From NCBI GenBank assembly GCA_000004985.1, contig GG738855.1: a DNA stretch of 64,000 nt; one strand, given 5' to 3'. A program made the translations under genes and the position numbers. This DNA comes from Naegleria gruberi. Lineage: Eukaryota. Shown in pieces: positions 46,295 to 58,284 of this stretch. Within the stretch, counting starts at the first letter, position 1, and every line of letters starts with the position of its first letter. The notes under the pieces were generated by a model. The model worked only from the letters and a program-made list of their open reading frames with translations, searched no databases and had not been told where the DNA came from.

Positions 46295-49200
46295 ACTTTA
46301 GAGTGAAGATGCATATCAGAGCCTGGCCCTCTCTCTGGAAGAGCACTGCTTTGTGAAATGAATAAGTGAGAAAGAGTTTTGATGTTTGCATCCTTAATAA
46401 ATTCCTCACTCATTTTGTGTTGGCTTGTGTATTGGAGAATTTGATCCAACAACCAGAAACAATTATGTGTTGGATTTCCAACAGCATCTAAACAATTAGA
46501 GTCACCAAATACTGCTATTCTACCTTTTCCAGATTTTGAAAATCCTAGTACTGGTACTTTGTGGATTGTACTGGAGGAGTCTGTTCCAAGAATTGGTTTT
46601 GAATTTTGTTTTCCACTCAAAATTTCAATACCTTGATCTTTAAGATGGAAAGAAGCAAGCATACCTTCTTCAGGGAATTTAATAATACTAGTTCCTGAGA
46701 GGAAAGAAGCCTTCTCTTTTCCAATTGTTATCTCACCTGTATAGACTCTTGTACCAAAAACAATGTTGAAAGGATCCAACAATGCATTCAGTGCTGGTAA
46801 ATTACAACCTCCAGTAATTGGAGTCCAAACAGTATAGGTATTATCATCGAAAAATTTGATATGTTTCATGATTGGAACGCTGTACCAGTCAGCAAAGACA
46901 GCAACAGAAAGACCATAAACTTGAACATCTTCTTTCAGTTTTTCTCTCTCTTTTTCTGTAAATTCTTCTTCAGAGTCTACAATCATGAGAGTAGAATATT
47001 TGGATGCATCAAAGGTTGTGAGATCTCCGGTTAGGATTTCAACATAATAACCCTTGTTTCTCAAGAAAATATACAAATCTCTAAAGTTGGTATGGATATG
47101 ATCACCATTCCAGTCCAAAATTTCATCCTTATTACCTAAATTATCTCTTGGAATGTAACCTGGTGGATATTGAATGTTATGATATTGATCCCACAATATT
47201 CTTTGCTGTCTCAAGGGTGGTTGAATTACCTTGACTTTTAATTTAAGTTCCATCTCACTAACTTGCATCTCGTTGCCATCTTTTCCAACTCCCAAAGGAG
47301 GTGACATGATTTTCATCTTGATTGTTCCTTCACAATAGCCATTGAAAAATCTTCCTCCACTATTAACAGAGATTTGTACACCCAACCATCCAGAATATGG
47401 CCACATTACCCTTGGATGAGTAAAGGTAACATCTAAAAAGTCACCATACTTTCCAGGTACAAAAACTGGTTCTCCAACAACTCTTCCAGAGGCGCTCATA
47501 GCATTAAGGACAGTAACATTGAATACAATAGGCATTGCAGTATGATAAATAGGTTGTGAACAGTATGGCCACATGTATGGGCAAGATGTAAGATCCAATT
47601 CACTAGGATAAAAAGTAGCTCTAGGTTTGGCTTTTTCCATGTAATCTTGGAGTAATTCGTAGGCCTTCTCTAGGTTTAGTTTACCTGCTCCTTGTTCGAA
47701 AATATTGGCATGATGAACTCTTTGAGCTGATTCTAAAAGTATTTGCTTGATACTGGCTGGATTAATGAGTGGCAATAAAGAATTATGAGTATTTGGATAG
47801 TCATCCATTTTAGCTCTTATTGAAATATCGTCAGAGTTTTGAGTAGAGGTATCCTTATTCTTCAGAGTACTACTGGCAAGGAGAGTAATAGCACCAGCAA
47901 TAACTGGACTTGCTACACTTGTTCCAGATAAAATAGAATGACAATATCCAACATTGTCACCAGCCTTATTCAACCCAAGTCCTCTAAGTTTGACTGACAT
48001 GGTTACAATGTCTGGTTTAACTCTTCCATATCCATTATTAAAACGTAACTCGTAAGTGGTAACACCTCTACTGCTAAACTTTGCAATATTATCATTATCG
48101 TCAATACCTCCAACACCAATCACATTTACAAGATCTGCAGGATTGTTAAGTGTTCCATAAAGAGGGCCATCATTACCAATGGCAGAAATAATAATAATAC
48201 CGTTGGCTGTGAGTTCCTTTACCTTATCTATGAATGGGATATCGAGGTAATCAGGTCCACCAATGCTCAAATTCAAGATTTGAATACCAGATTTCATAGC
48301 ATAATTGAATGCATCCAAAAACCAGGATGTATACGAAACTTGTTTGCTTGTAAATACTTTAAAGATGAAAACAGAGGCTTCAGGAGCAAGACCTCTACAT
48401 CCAGATCCCCTTTCCTTCTTCTCATTAAAAGGTTGTGTAGTGTTGGACTTTGGTGTGTAGGGTGTCAAATGCTTAGAGCCAATAACTCCAGAGATGAAAG
48501 TACCATGACCTAACTCATCATTTACAGAGTCTTCTGTTGTATAATTTATCATATCTTCAATATGAGAGAAGGATTCTTCATGTTTAGTACTGGAAAGTCC
48601 AGTATCAAAAACAGCAACTCTAATATTTTGTCCATAAATACCCTGTTCCCAAAGTTTGTGGGCATTCAATTTTTCTGAAACATCAACATAGGAATGACTT
48701 GGATGATTACATAATTTTCTCCTGTGATGGTGGTGGTCTGAATATTTATCCTCGGTTGACCATTGAGTAAATAATTTTCCAATACTATTAAGAATTGAGT
48801 GATCTTGTTCATCATCTGGAAGTGTTTCAATATCGTGATTGAGTAATTTTCTTTCATTGTTCATCATGTTGTGATATTCATGTTGACGAACAACATATCG
48901 TACAAATTGAGTCCTTGACTCTAATTCTGACTTTAAAGTAATATTTTCAAATTCAACAAGTGCAAAGTCAGTGTCAAACATTCTAGTAGCTGCATTATCC
49001 CTTTCAATTATTTTATATCCTCTATGAGTTCCTCCTAAAAGTGTGCTAATGTATTCATCATGTTTAAATGCTTTCATATATTCTTTAAACATGACAATGT
49101 ACCTCTCTCGTGATGTAGGAGTTGTATTGTTATTGTTGTTATTTGATGCAGTTGCTCCTTCCATATTTTGACCACTACTATTACTACCAATACTACTGGT

Positions 49201-49596
49201 ATTAAACTTCTTACACATCCTGTGTAAATTCTTCGATTTTACGAAAGGAATGGGTTGGAAAAATCTTTCATACATTTTCCTAACAGAGCATTGATTTGAC
49301 GTGCTACTATGAGCAGCCATTACATAAAATCCACCACTTTCAATATTGGTGTCAAACTCGTAACCTTTCAATAATTTAGAGAGGTCTGATATTATAATAT
49401 AAAGAGTTAGTATTATTATTAGTGATAACAAAATTGTTTTGAATAGTTTAGATGATTCTCGCTTCTCGTATCTATGTACATTTCCTATTATTTTCTTATT
49501 GTTTATATTAAAAATATTATTGTTATTGTTGATATTAAATTGCCTCAATCCGGAATTCCGTGATGAATGTATTTTAAAATATAAATTGTTCATCAT
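46295..49596 (-). CDS. Site-1 protease-like subtilase (MBTPS1/S1P, peptidase S8) , C-terminal end in gap
   Basis: N-terminal hydrophobic anchor or signal (LFKTILLSLIIILTLYII). The subtilase catalytic triad blocks are present: VAVFDTGL (Asp), HGTFISGVIGS (His) and GTSVASPVIAGA (Ser). A long region of about 450 aa after the catalytic domain is characteristic of S1P, unlike kexins or furins. Confidence 0.75.
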
Positions 49597-49845
49597 TGAT
49601 ATTAGTATATTTACTAGTGTGTTTTGGTTTATTGAATGATGATCAGCACCTTCCTCTCTCTTCTATCTCTATGATGGTGGAGGTTGTAGTGTGCAATAAA
49701 CCGACTTGAATTTTTTTGAAATGATAAATATTCCTTTTCAAAAGTGATGTTCTTGAAAGACACAAGAAAATCCTCTCATGTTCAAGCTTTGAAAAACTCA
49801 ATACTACTGCGCCTTTGACTACAGTTATTGTAAAAAAGAGAATAA

Positions 49846-51505
49846 TCACACAATTTTTGGCAAATGTTCTCTTCCAACACCAATGCTTAACATGTTGCCA
49901 ATGTCTCGATTACTGGTAAGAGTTGTAATTTCTCTTACAGCTGGCCTCTTTGGAACACTGCTCTTATTCCAGAAAGTCAAAAATCCCACAGATTTGTTAC
50001 TCCCTCTGCTAATACTTGGCATTCTTGAAGAGGTGCTTCCATCCTTATTGTTGGAACCATATTTATGATCTAAAACACTTCCAAGATCTGATAGTTTGCT
50101 CTTTCTATCGTAATTACTTGTATCAAATGTTTGGGGCATTGATAATAATGATTTCTGCTTCTCCTTTTGTTTTCTTTTTTCAATGTAATTCTGTGAGTCA
50201 TTCATGTCAGTGATAAAAAAGCTCTTTGTTGAGCTAGCTTCTTCCTCTTCGTAGAAATCTTTCTCTGACAGTCTTGGAATAAGGTTTGCCACATCTTCTG
50301 TAATGATTCCTTGTTGATCCATCCATTCTGAGAATATTTTGGATCTTCTCTCTGCCTTCTCGTACATTTCTTGTGATTTTTTGGATTGCTTTTCAAGGTT
50401 AGAGACCTTCTTTTCTCTATTGGATTGCCGTTTCTTTCGTTCTTCTCTTAATTGCTTATTGACTTTCCTCTGCTCAGCAATTTGTTCTTGAGATAAGGTC
50501 TTGTTGGCATGATCCATATCTACAACCTCCTCAGTCTGTTTCTTTCTTCTCTTCTTATTTTTCTTTACATTGGATGACTTTTCCATGTCATTCTTTGAGG
50601 GGATACTTGCTTTTTCCTCTGAGCTTCCACTATACTTTTCATAGTGGTAGGAAAAATGCTGGCTGTCAATATAGGCTATCGAATCGGAAATATGGTCATT
50701 TCTTTTATCATTCTTCACCTTTTGATTTTCTGCACTGAATCCGTGGATGGCTATGAAATCATCAAATTTGATAGGGAGCTCTGCTTCTCTATTTTTCAAT
50801 CTTTCTCTTTCTTCTGGAGGAATTTTGAGATATCTTCTAAAGGTTTCATCCTCAATTGTTTTGGCTAATGCCTCTGGGTCTTGTTCCTGTAATTGGGGTG
50901 AACCATTGGAATCAGAAGACATTGAGGAAGACGCTCTCGAATCAATATCATATGTATCAGTCATCATTGGACTAAAATTATTATCAACTCTATCTAGAAC
51001 GTGTTCTTCGACAATATTTTTCAATTCAATACTGATTTGTGGATTAATTGAGGGTAGTTCAATTTTGATTCCAAGATTTGAGGCTGGAGGNNNNNNNNNN
51101 NNNNNNNNNNNNNNNNNNNNNNNNNNNNNNNNNNNNNNNNTCTTCATCCTCAATAACATCCGCTGTAATTCCATAAATTCCTCCAATAGAAGTTTCTATT
51201 CTGTTTTTAATTATATCAAAAGACTCTCGCACCTCTGGCATGAATTGTTCAGCATCCATTCCTTCTTCAATTTCATCAACCTTACTTCCAATTAGTTCCG
51301 ATGCTTGTAAATTTTCGTTAAATGTTGAACTATTCATACTAGTGGAGAAGGCCTTCTCCTCTTGAAGAATTTTCGCCTTCTCCTCCTCATCAAAATACTC
51401 ATCATCTTCATCGGCACCAACAGTGACTATGGTAGGCATCTTTGTGTTGGATTTTTTTCTATGTGGTGTAAATAATAACGTTATGGACAGTTGGTCCTTC
51501 TTCAT
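49846..51505 (-). CDS. Hypothetical acidic/Lys-rich protein interrupted by assembly gap 51091-51140
   Basis: Two same-strand ORFs flank the N-run: 51141-51505 (N-terminal part) and 49846-51090 (C-terminal part). Both have charged, coiled-coil-like composition. The reading frame across the gap is unknown. Confidence 0.4.
51091..51140. other. Assembly gap (run of N)
   Basis: 50 n characters inside a minus-strand coding region. Confidence 0.99.
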
Positions 51506-51689
51506 CTCTTTCTATATTAAGATTTATAAAGTGAATGATTAATGGAATAAAAAAAAGTGAATCATCTCAGTATTATTATTGAGTGCATTCAAATTTAAAT
51601 CACGCCAATTCATTGTGTCACATTTGTTTGATTATTGTTATTCAACTTTGATGGCTCCATTAAAATTTTGGAATTAAAAAACACAAAAA

Positions 51690-54205
51690 ATGTCTTCGAT
51701 ATGGCGTAACTCTATGGGTTCAAATTCGGGTGGAAATACATCATCAAAGAGTACTAAAAATCAATCTTCATCATCAAATAATATACAATCATCAGCAATA
51801 CCCGGATCATCAACAGTTTCGAATGCCAATCCTTCTCAACAAGCTTCAACAAAGAAGACAACAGGAAACACTACAACTAAAAAGAAGAAAACTAAAAAGA
51901 ATGATGATAATACATCGGTAAATACAGGTTCTACATTCTTTGCCACATCATTCATTCCAATGCATTCAGCCTCTCTTCTGAAAGGAATCACACCAATTAT
52001 GCCCGGGCCAAAAACTGTGAATCAAGGATTTTTAACCATGTCCTCTGCTCCTTCTCTTCCTCCATTTCCTACCGCCAAACCTTCTCAATCTCCATCCACG
52101 ACAGCAACAACACCAGTCACACCACCTACAACCACTACAATTCCAAAAGCAGCAACTGCATATGATTCCGAAGAGGATTTGCCAAGTTATAGTAGTAATT
52201 CAAGTGATCAATCAGATTCGAGTAGTGATGATAGTAGTAACTCTGAATCATCAGACTCCTATAGTTCTGCTTCTGATTCTGAACTAAAAAAGAAAAAGAA
52301 GAGTAAAACTAAAAAATCAACATCAGCAAAAAAGAAGGATGACAAGAAGGAGAAAAAGAAATCTAAAAAAAAAGAAAAAAGGGAAAATAAGGAAACAACT
52401 CAATCCAAAACTCAAACTGTTAAAACTGTGGAAGAGGAAAAAAAGGTTGTAAGTGATGCTAAAAAAGATCAAGCAATTATGCCACCACCAAAACCAGTGG
52501 TACAATCGGAACAACCAAGTATTACCACTAGCTCTTCAACCAATACAACAACGACGAGCTCAACTCCTGTTGCCACTGATAGTTCAACTAATAGTTCAGC
52601 AAACACTCCTAGTAGCACAGAGCCACCAGTAAGAACTAAAAGAAAGTACACCAGACGAAAGGATAAGGAAGCAGCAGCCTCTACTGCAGCAACTACCACA
52701 AAAGATACAGAAACTCAAGGAAAGAAGAAAAGAAAAAAGAGAGAAGTCAACACATCGGAACCAGTAGTTTCAGATATAATTTCTCCAAAAAAGAAACAAG
52801 CTAAGAGCAAGACACAAATAGTAGAGCAGCCCACAGATCAAAACTTGGATCTTACAATTTATGCAACTGAGGATGATGACAAGTTATTTTTCATGGATAG
52901 AAATGAACGATCTATTAAGAAGAAATTGGATGATAATGGTAAGTTTGACTGTTAATTTTTCAAGAAATAACTTTTGAAGATTTATTTTATGGAAAGAATT
53001 ACAATCATGAAATTTTAAGGGATGAATTGGTGGGAATTCCATGGTGCTTTGTAAAAGAGTCAGAGGTGAATGGGGCAGAGAAGAGCAACTCAATCCAATG
53101 TACAACATATCTCGATGCTGTTAATCAGGAGAATCAATTTATTCTCCACTCCTCTGCACATGAAGTCGAGGATGTGGAAATGAAAAATACGAAAGAACAA
53201 GTTTACGAACCAGTATCTATTCAAGGAATGAATGCACTGATACCAATTGAGTTGATTCAAAATCCTGATTTATTTAAAACAATATTTAGTATGAATACTT
53301 GGAATAATGTGCTAAAGGAGGAACATAGGATGTTTTTGAAACAGTTTTTACCTCCATTACTAACATCGAAGTCAAACGAGTCATCACATCAACATAACGA
53401 AACTATTGAGGAAAATATTCCAAAACCTACCACCACTGTCGAAGAAGTAAAAGAAGAGCAGCTTACTTCTAGAGAAGCAGAAGAAAAAGAATGGCAAGAA
53501 TTGATGAATGGAAGTGGAATGCGTCACAAGAAGAATCTTTCAACATCATCACTTTCTCAATCCTCAAAACAAAACGATTCAACATGTAATTCTAAGAAAT
53601 CAACAGATTCACCATTGCTTGTAAAAACTCTCACTCAACTTTTTAACAAAACTCCATTCCTATTCAATCATGAAAATGATTTATCAAAGTTTGTAAAAAG
53701 AGTAAGAAATGGCCGCTATCACCCTACTGTCCAATTGGAAAAACAACAAATGAAATATCTTCTCTCTATTAATTTGAGAATGGAATATCACTTATATATT
53801 GAGTGTGAGCTACTTGCCAGACGTAGATTATCAGCCCTTCAAAAGATCAACACTCTAAAGCTTGCTCTTCCACCTTGTATGACAAAACCAAATCAAGCAA
53901 CATTGACTGCCATCGAAAAACGAAAGCAACAACTCTTTGAGAAGAATAGTAAGATAGCTCTTCCTCAAGTGCAAAATTCAATGTTTATGGAACAACAACA
54001 AACTCAAATGGAACCACCAACCAGCACAACACCTTCTCAAAAGAAGGAAGAAGTTGAGAAATCAAAAGTTACTGCCACAACAACAGCACCAGTTGTTAAG
54101 GAAAGAAAGAAACCAGGTCCAAAACCAAAGAAAAAGAAAGATCCTTCGACAGATGCAGCTGCTCAGTTTGAGTTTGTTAATTTCAAATCCAAAGCAAGCA
54201 AGTAA
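51690..54205 (+). CDS. Hypothetical Ser/Thr/Lys-rich nuclear-type protein, two exons
   Basis: ORF 51690-52955 ends at a GTAAGT donor (52939). An AG acceptor at about 52965-52980 joins in frame to ORF continuing to 54205, which begins at a non-ATG codon (in-frame TTG) and therefore cannot be an independent start. The K-rich tails resemble a nuclear localisation signal. Confidence 0.55.
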
Positions 54206-54377
54206 AATAGAGATTTTTTGTTACAAACCATCACTCCCTCTCAAACTTTACCACAAGAACGTAAATAATGATATAAGGGTAACATGTTTACAACCACAAA
54301 TCAGGAAGGCAGAACTCTCTTGACGCCAAAAAAACCAATCTACGATTTTAACGAATTAAGGTTTTTTATAGAATAAA

Positions 54378-57300
54378 ATGAGTCAAACTGCACGCTCGTT
54401 CCAATTATCGCAAAATAATGCATCGTTGAGCAGTCTTCTCAATAACACTAACAACAACAACAACACGAGCATGACAAGACCATCACCTCTCAACCTTTCT
54501 TCAATTAGTGATAGGGAAAAGATGGATCCATATCCAACGATTTCCCAACACTATCAAAAAGGTTTAGCAGTAAGAACACCATCATCAGTTGCTTCATTTA
54601 GGACTCAACAAACAAGACCTCAATCATCAGATCTTCTCTCCGGAAGAGTATCACCTTTTCTATTACATAAAAAAGGAGGACAGAATGGAAGGATGCGAGC
54701 CTCAGAAGATAGGGCTCCATCACCTTCTCCATCTGCTGTAAGGGAACAATTAAACAAATACAAGGAAAGCACTTCCCCAATTATAAAGAAACAATTCGAG
54801 GCAAAGAATAAATCAATGATGGAAAATACAGAAGATGAGAGCTCTATAAGAACAAATAATTCGAGCTTTTTTGATGACAAACGAAGTCTTCCTTTACTGA
54901 AAGGAAAACAAGAGAAAAAGAAAAGAAGTCAATCACCAAAATCAGCAAGAGGATTTCCAACAAATTTCGAAGACGAATTTTCAACCGATTATATGGATAC
55001 ACCACGAATAGGAAATTTATCAAAACCTCAAAAGTTGTTGACCTCTTATGATGACGAAAAGTACCAAATCAAAATTCTCATTGTTAATGACAGCTCCAGA
55101 TCAACAACAAAATACCAACCAAAATCTAACATGCTTCGAGATATTATGGATCAAACTGACCTAGATATACCAATGACGGACAAAATCACAAAAACTGAAT
55201 ATGAAAAACTGGAGAGAAGAGTTTCTGAAGAATTAGCTCATCTATCAACTACTCTTCTCCCTGGTCAATTAAAGAAATTAAAGAAGAAGAGATTAACCGA
55301 GTTATTAAGATCAAGACAAACCAAATCTGAAAAAATGATGCAAGGGTTATCAAGAATTGATATCCTGCTCCAAGATTATGAAACAGCTCAAAATAATAAT
55401 AGTGAAGTTGAGTTTTTAAGTGTAGATGACATTTCAGATTTAGTATTCAAAGAACAAGTGGACCGAGTTGGAGTGATTAACCAAAGTAGAGATAGAATAG
55501 CGGAAGTAACAAAAGACTTGGATCAACGATATAGCAGTAGGACAAATATTTTGAAAGGTATTATGAGTTGGATTCGATCATATGATGAAGATGGAGATAT
55601 TCTTACGGAAGACAAAGAGGAAATGCAAGAAATCGAGGGAATGCTGGATTTTCAAAATGAAAATGTATTGGAACCTTTAGGAAATGTACAGGAAAACATT
55701 GGTTTAACACTAGAAAGATTGAAATCTATTTTTGAAGAATATAAAATAATGAGGTTCTCGTTGTTGGACTTTAATGCAGAAACTTTTAAGGATGAAGAGA
55801 AGAGAAAATCATTCCTCAAAAAAATCACTGAAAAGTTTAAAAAGATTGAAACTGATATTGGAGATTCTATCACTGATTTGGATGGGGCAAATAGTGCTGT
55901 TGTTTCTCTCAAGACAAAATTAAAAGATAAGGAAAAGTTTATAACTGCTCTTGTTGAAAGAGACAAGAGACATGTGGAATTCTATGCCAAACTTAAAGAT
56001 AGGTATAATGAGCAACAAGGCATGCTGAAAGGCATTTTGAGCAGGCTTAAGCTTCCAGAAGTGAAAAATATTATAGATATTGGATTTATTTTAACAGGAA
56101 GACGTGGCTTATCAGATGAAGAGTTGGATTTGGATAGTATTGAAAGACAAATTAATGAAGGTTTTACTGAGGATGAAGAGCTTCTCAAACCAAACTATGA
56201 GATCCTAAAGGCAACAGCTGCTTACCAAGATATGGATACTTCAGATGATGAAGAAATTCAACAACGTAACCGAAAGAAGAAGAAAAAGAACAACGCAGAT
56301 CTTTCAGATTCTAGCGATATTGAGGAAGGGGATACAAAGAAAACAAAAAAGAAAAAAGATGGTACTGTTAATGCTGATGAAGATTTGGATGACGATTTTG
56401 ATACTTCATCTCTAGAGTTCGATATGGACGATTATGAAGATGAAATGAGAGAGGCAGAGACAAAGAGAACTGATATTAGTCATGTTTGGATGTTGGACAA
56501 TTGTTATAATTACGAGTTGGATAAGAAGGAATTCCCTTACATTCCTGGTTCAGTTGATCTTGAAAAGTTTACCCCTGCTGAATTAAAACTCTACTTGACT
56601 GCAGATGGTTTATTCAAGACGGTGAAACGAATGGAAAATGATAGAATGAGATCTCAAGACTTTGATGCTAATGAACTTCAAAGATTGATCGACATGGAAG
56701 AAGCTCACTACATGAAAGAGGAAGATCAAGAACATCAAAGTAAGATGGCTGCTTCTGTTATAGAAAAATTAACTGAAGAAATTGATAGACTTAAGAGTAT
56801 TCTCGTAGAAAAAGGAGTTGACTCATCTTCATTAGTAAATCCTGATCTTGGTAAAACAGTTAAAGATTTCCACGTAATGAAAACACAACAAGAAGAGAAA
56901 CATGCAATGTTAAGTAAGATGTTAAAAGAAGAATACTCAAATCAACATGCTCAACACTACTCAAATCAAACTCAGAACAATGGAAAACAACCTTCAGGAG
57001 TACAACACAATATTAATTCAAGTAACTTAAATCCTGTTACTGGCAATAATAACCAGGGATCCTATCCAACAGATTATGGTGGGTTTGAAGCAAAACGACC
57101 TAATCGAGGAAGATATGGTTCAATGATTGGGCAGGCACCAGATAATAGGCAGGACAATCTTGAATTAAGAGGAATGGATAACGAGAGAAGGAAATGGTTG
57201 ATGGATAAAGAACGTGCAGAGGCAGATCTATTGAAATTGAACACTGAAATTAAGAAACTGAGGGTGGCCAAAGCAAAGATGAATAAGGGAGATCCATCTC

Positions 57301-58238
57301 AACAAACAGGAGAGGGTGATGCTACAGGTATGGGCATCGAAGAAGGTGGCACTTCCAGTTTTGATGTTTCTAACATTTCATTATTCAAAGGGGCCACTGA
57401 AGAATTCAAACCAACAAGCGAAATTCTTCGAGAAATTGAAGACATTTACGATTCAGACGAGCTAAAATACATAATTAACATTATTCTTATGGAGGCTGAT
57501 AGATTGATAGATTATATTTACTATATGCACAAGAAGATTAGAAAATTCCTCTCTTTCTTGAACTTCTTCACAAATATGAAAGGACCGAATAATTCTAAAT
57601 ACTCTGAGGAAGAGTTCTTGGCAGATTGGATTAATCTAAACAAGAAGATTGACAAGAGTATAAAGGCTAAAAAGTCAAAGAATGGAGCTGAATCTCCTTG
57701 CAACTCTCCAAGATCAAGTCCAATATCTCCAAAGAGAAGAGGTGCTGGTGTTTCTCACAGGGAGGCCGTCAGAGATCAGCTGAACTTCTTAATTGAAGAA
57801 ACAGAGGACGAAAGCAAAACAAAGAGAAACCCATCTAAATTGAGTAAATCCATTACTGCGTTAATGATGAAGATTTATAATACAGTGAAGCAGTACAGAT
57901 ATAAGGTTAAGGTTAAGGGTTTGGAAGAATCCTCTCACGGCTCAAATTCACCAGTTAAGAGAGACAGAAACTACAAAAGTGCTTCCCAACCATTTGTTCC
58001 AAAGCCTCCAAAAGAATCGAGACCAGCCCAAATCAAAGTATCCGCAATGACAAGAATGTTGAAACATCAAGAAGAAGCCAAGAAAAGATGGGAAGAAAAG
58101 AAGATGAGAATTCTGCAAGAGGAGTTGGCAAAAGGTCAAATGTTTTACAATGTCAAAACTTCAGGAACTGGTGCTCAGCAAATCCAGAAGCACTTGTACC
58201 AGTTATGGCAAATGATGGGAAAACACCAAGAAATATAA
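54378..58238 (+). CDS. Hypothetical large coiled-coil protein
   Basis: 1286-aa uninterrupted ORF. The N-terminus is Ser/Asn-rich, the middle has extensive heptad-like charged segments, and the C-terminus is basic. No catalytic motif is recognised. Confidence 0.5.
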   Translation: MSQTARSFQLSQNNASLSSLLNNTNNNNNTSMTRPSPLNLSSISDREKMDPYPTISQHYQKGLAVRTPSSVASFRTQQTRPQSSDLLSGRVSPFLLHKKGGQNGRMRASEDRAPSPSPSAVREQLNKYKESTSPIIKKQFEAKNKSMMENTEDESSIRTNNSSFFDDKRSLPLLKGKQEKKKRSQSPKSARGFPTNFEDEFSTDYMDTPRIGNLSKPQKLLTSYDDEKYQIKILIVNDSSRSTTKYQPKSNMLRDIMDQTDLDIPMTDKITKTEYEKLERRVSEELAHLSTTLLPGQLKKLKKKRLTELLRSRQTKSEKMMQGLSRIDILLQDYETAQNNNSEVEFLSVDDISDLVFKEQVDRVGVINQSRDRIAEVTKDLDQRYSSRTNILKGIMSWIRSYDEDGDILTEDKEEMQEIEGMLDFQNENVLEPLGNVQENIGLTLERLKSIFEEYKIMRFSLLDFNAETFKDEEKRKSFLKKITEKFKKIETDIGDSITDLDGANSAVVSLKTKLKDKEKFITALVERDKRHVEFYAKLKDRYNEQQGMLKGILSRLKLPEVKNIIDIGFILTGRRGLSDEELDLDSIERQINEGFTEDEELLKPNYEILKATAAYQDMDTSDDEEIQQRNRKKKKKNNADLSDSSDIEEGDTKKTKKKKDGTVNADEDLDDDFDTSSLEFDMDDYEDEMREAETKRTDISHVWMLDNCYNYELDKKEFPYIPGSVDLEKFTPAELKLYLTADGLFKTVKRMENDRMRSQDFDANELQRLIDMEEAHYMKEEDQEHQSKMAASVIEKLTEEIDRLKSILVEKGVDSSSLVNPDLGKTVKDFHVMKTQQEEKHAMLSKMLKEEYSNQHAQHYSNQTQNNGKQPSGVQHNINSSNLNPVTGNNNQGSYPTDYGGFEAKRPNRGRYGSMIGQAPDNRQDNLELRGMDNERRKWLMDKERAEADLLKLNTEIKKLRVAKAKMNKGDPSQQTGEGDATGMGIEEGGTSSFDVSNISLFKGATEEFKPTSEILREIEDIYDSDELKYIINIILMEADRLIDYIYYMHKKIRKFLSFLNFFTNMKGPNNSKYSEEEFLADWINLNKKIDKSIKAKKSKNGAESPCNSPRSSPISPKRRGAGVSHREAVRDQLNFLIEETEDESKTKRNPSKLSKSITALMMKIYNTVKQYRYKVKVKGLEESSHGSNSPVKRDRNYKSASQPFVPKPPKESRPAQIKVSAMTRMLKHQEEAKKRWEEKKMRILQEELAKGQMFYNVKTSGTGAQQIQKHLYQLWQMMGKHQEI

Positions 58239-58284
58239 GTATACCAGGTGGTCCTCCAGTGTTTTAATAAATTACATTAGTTGA

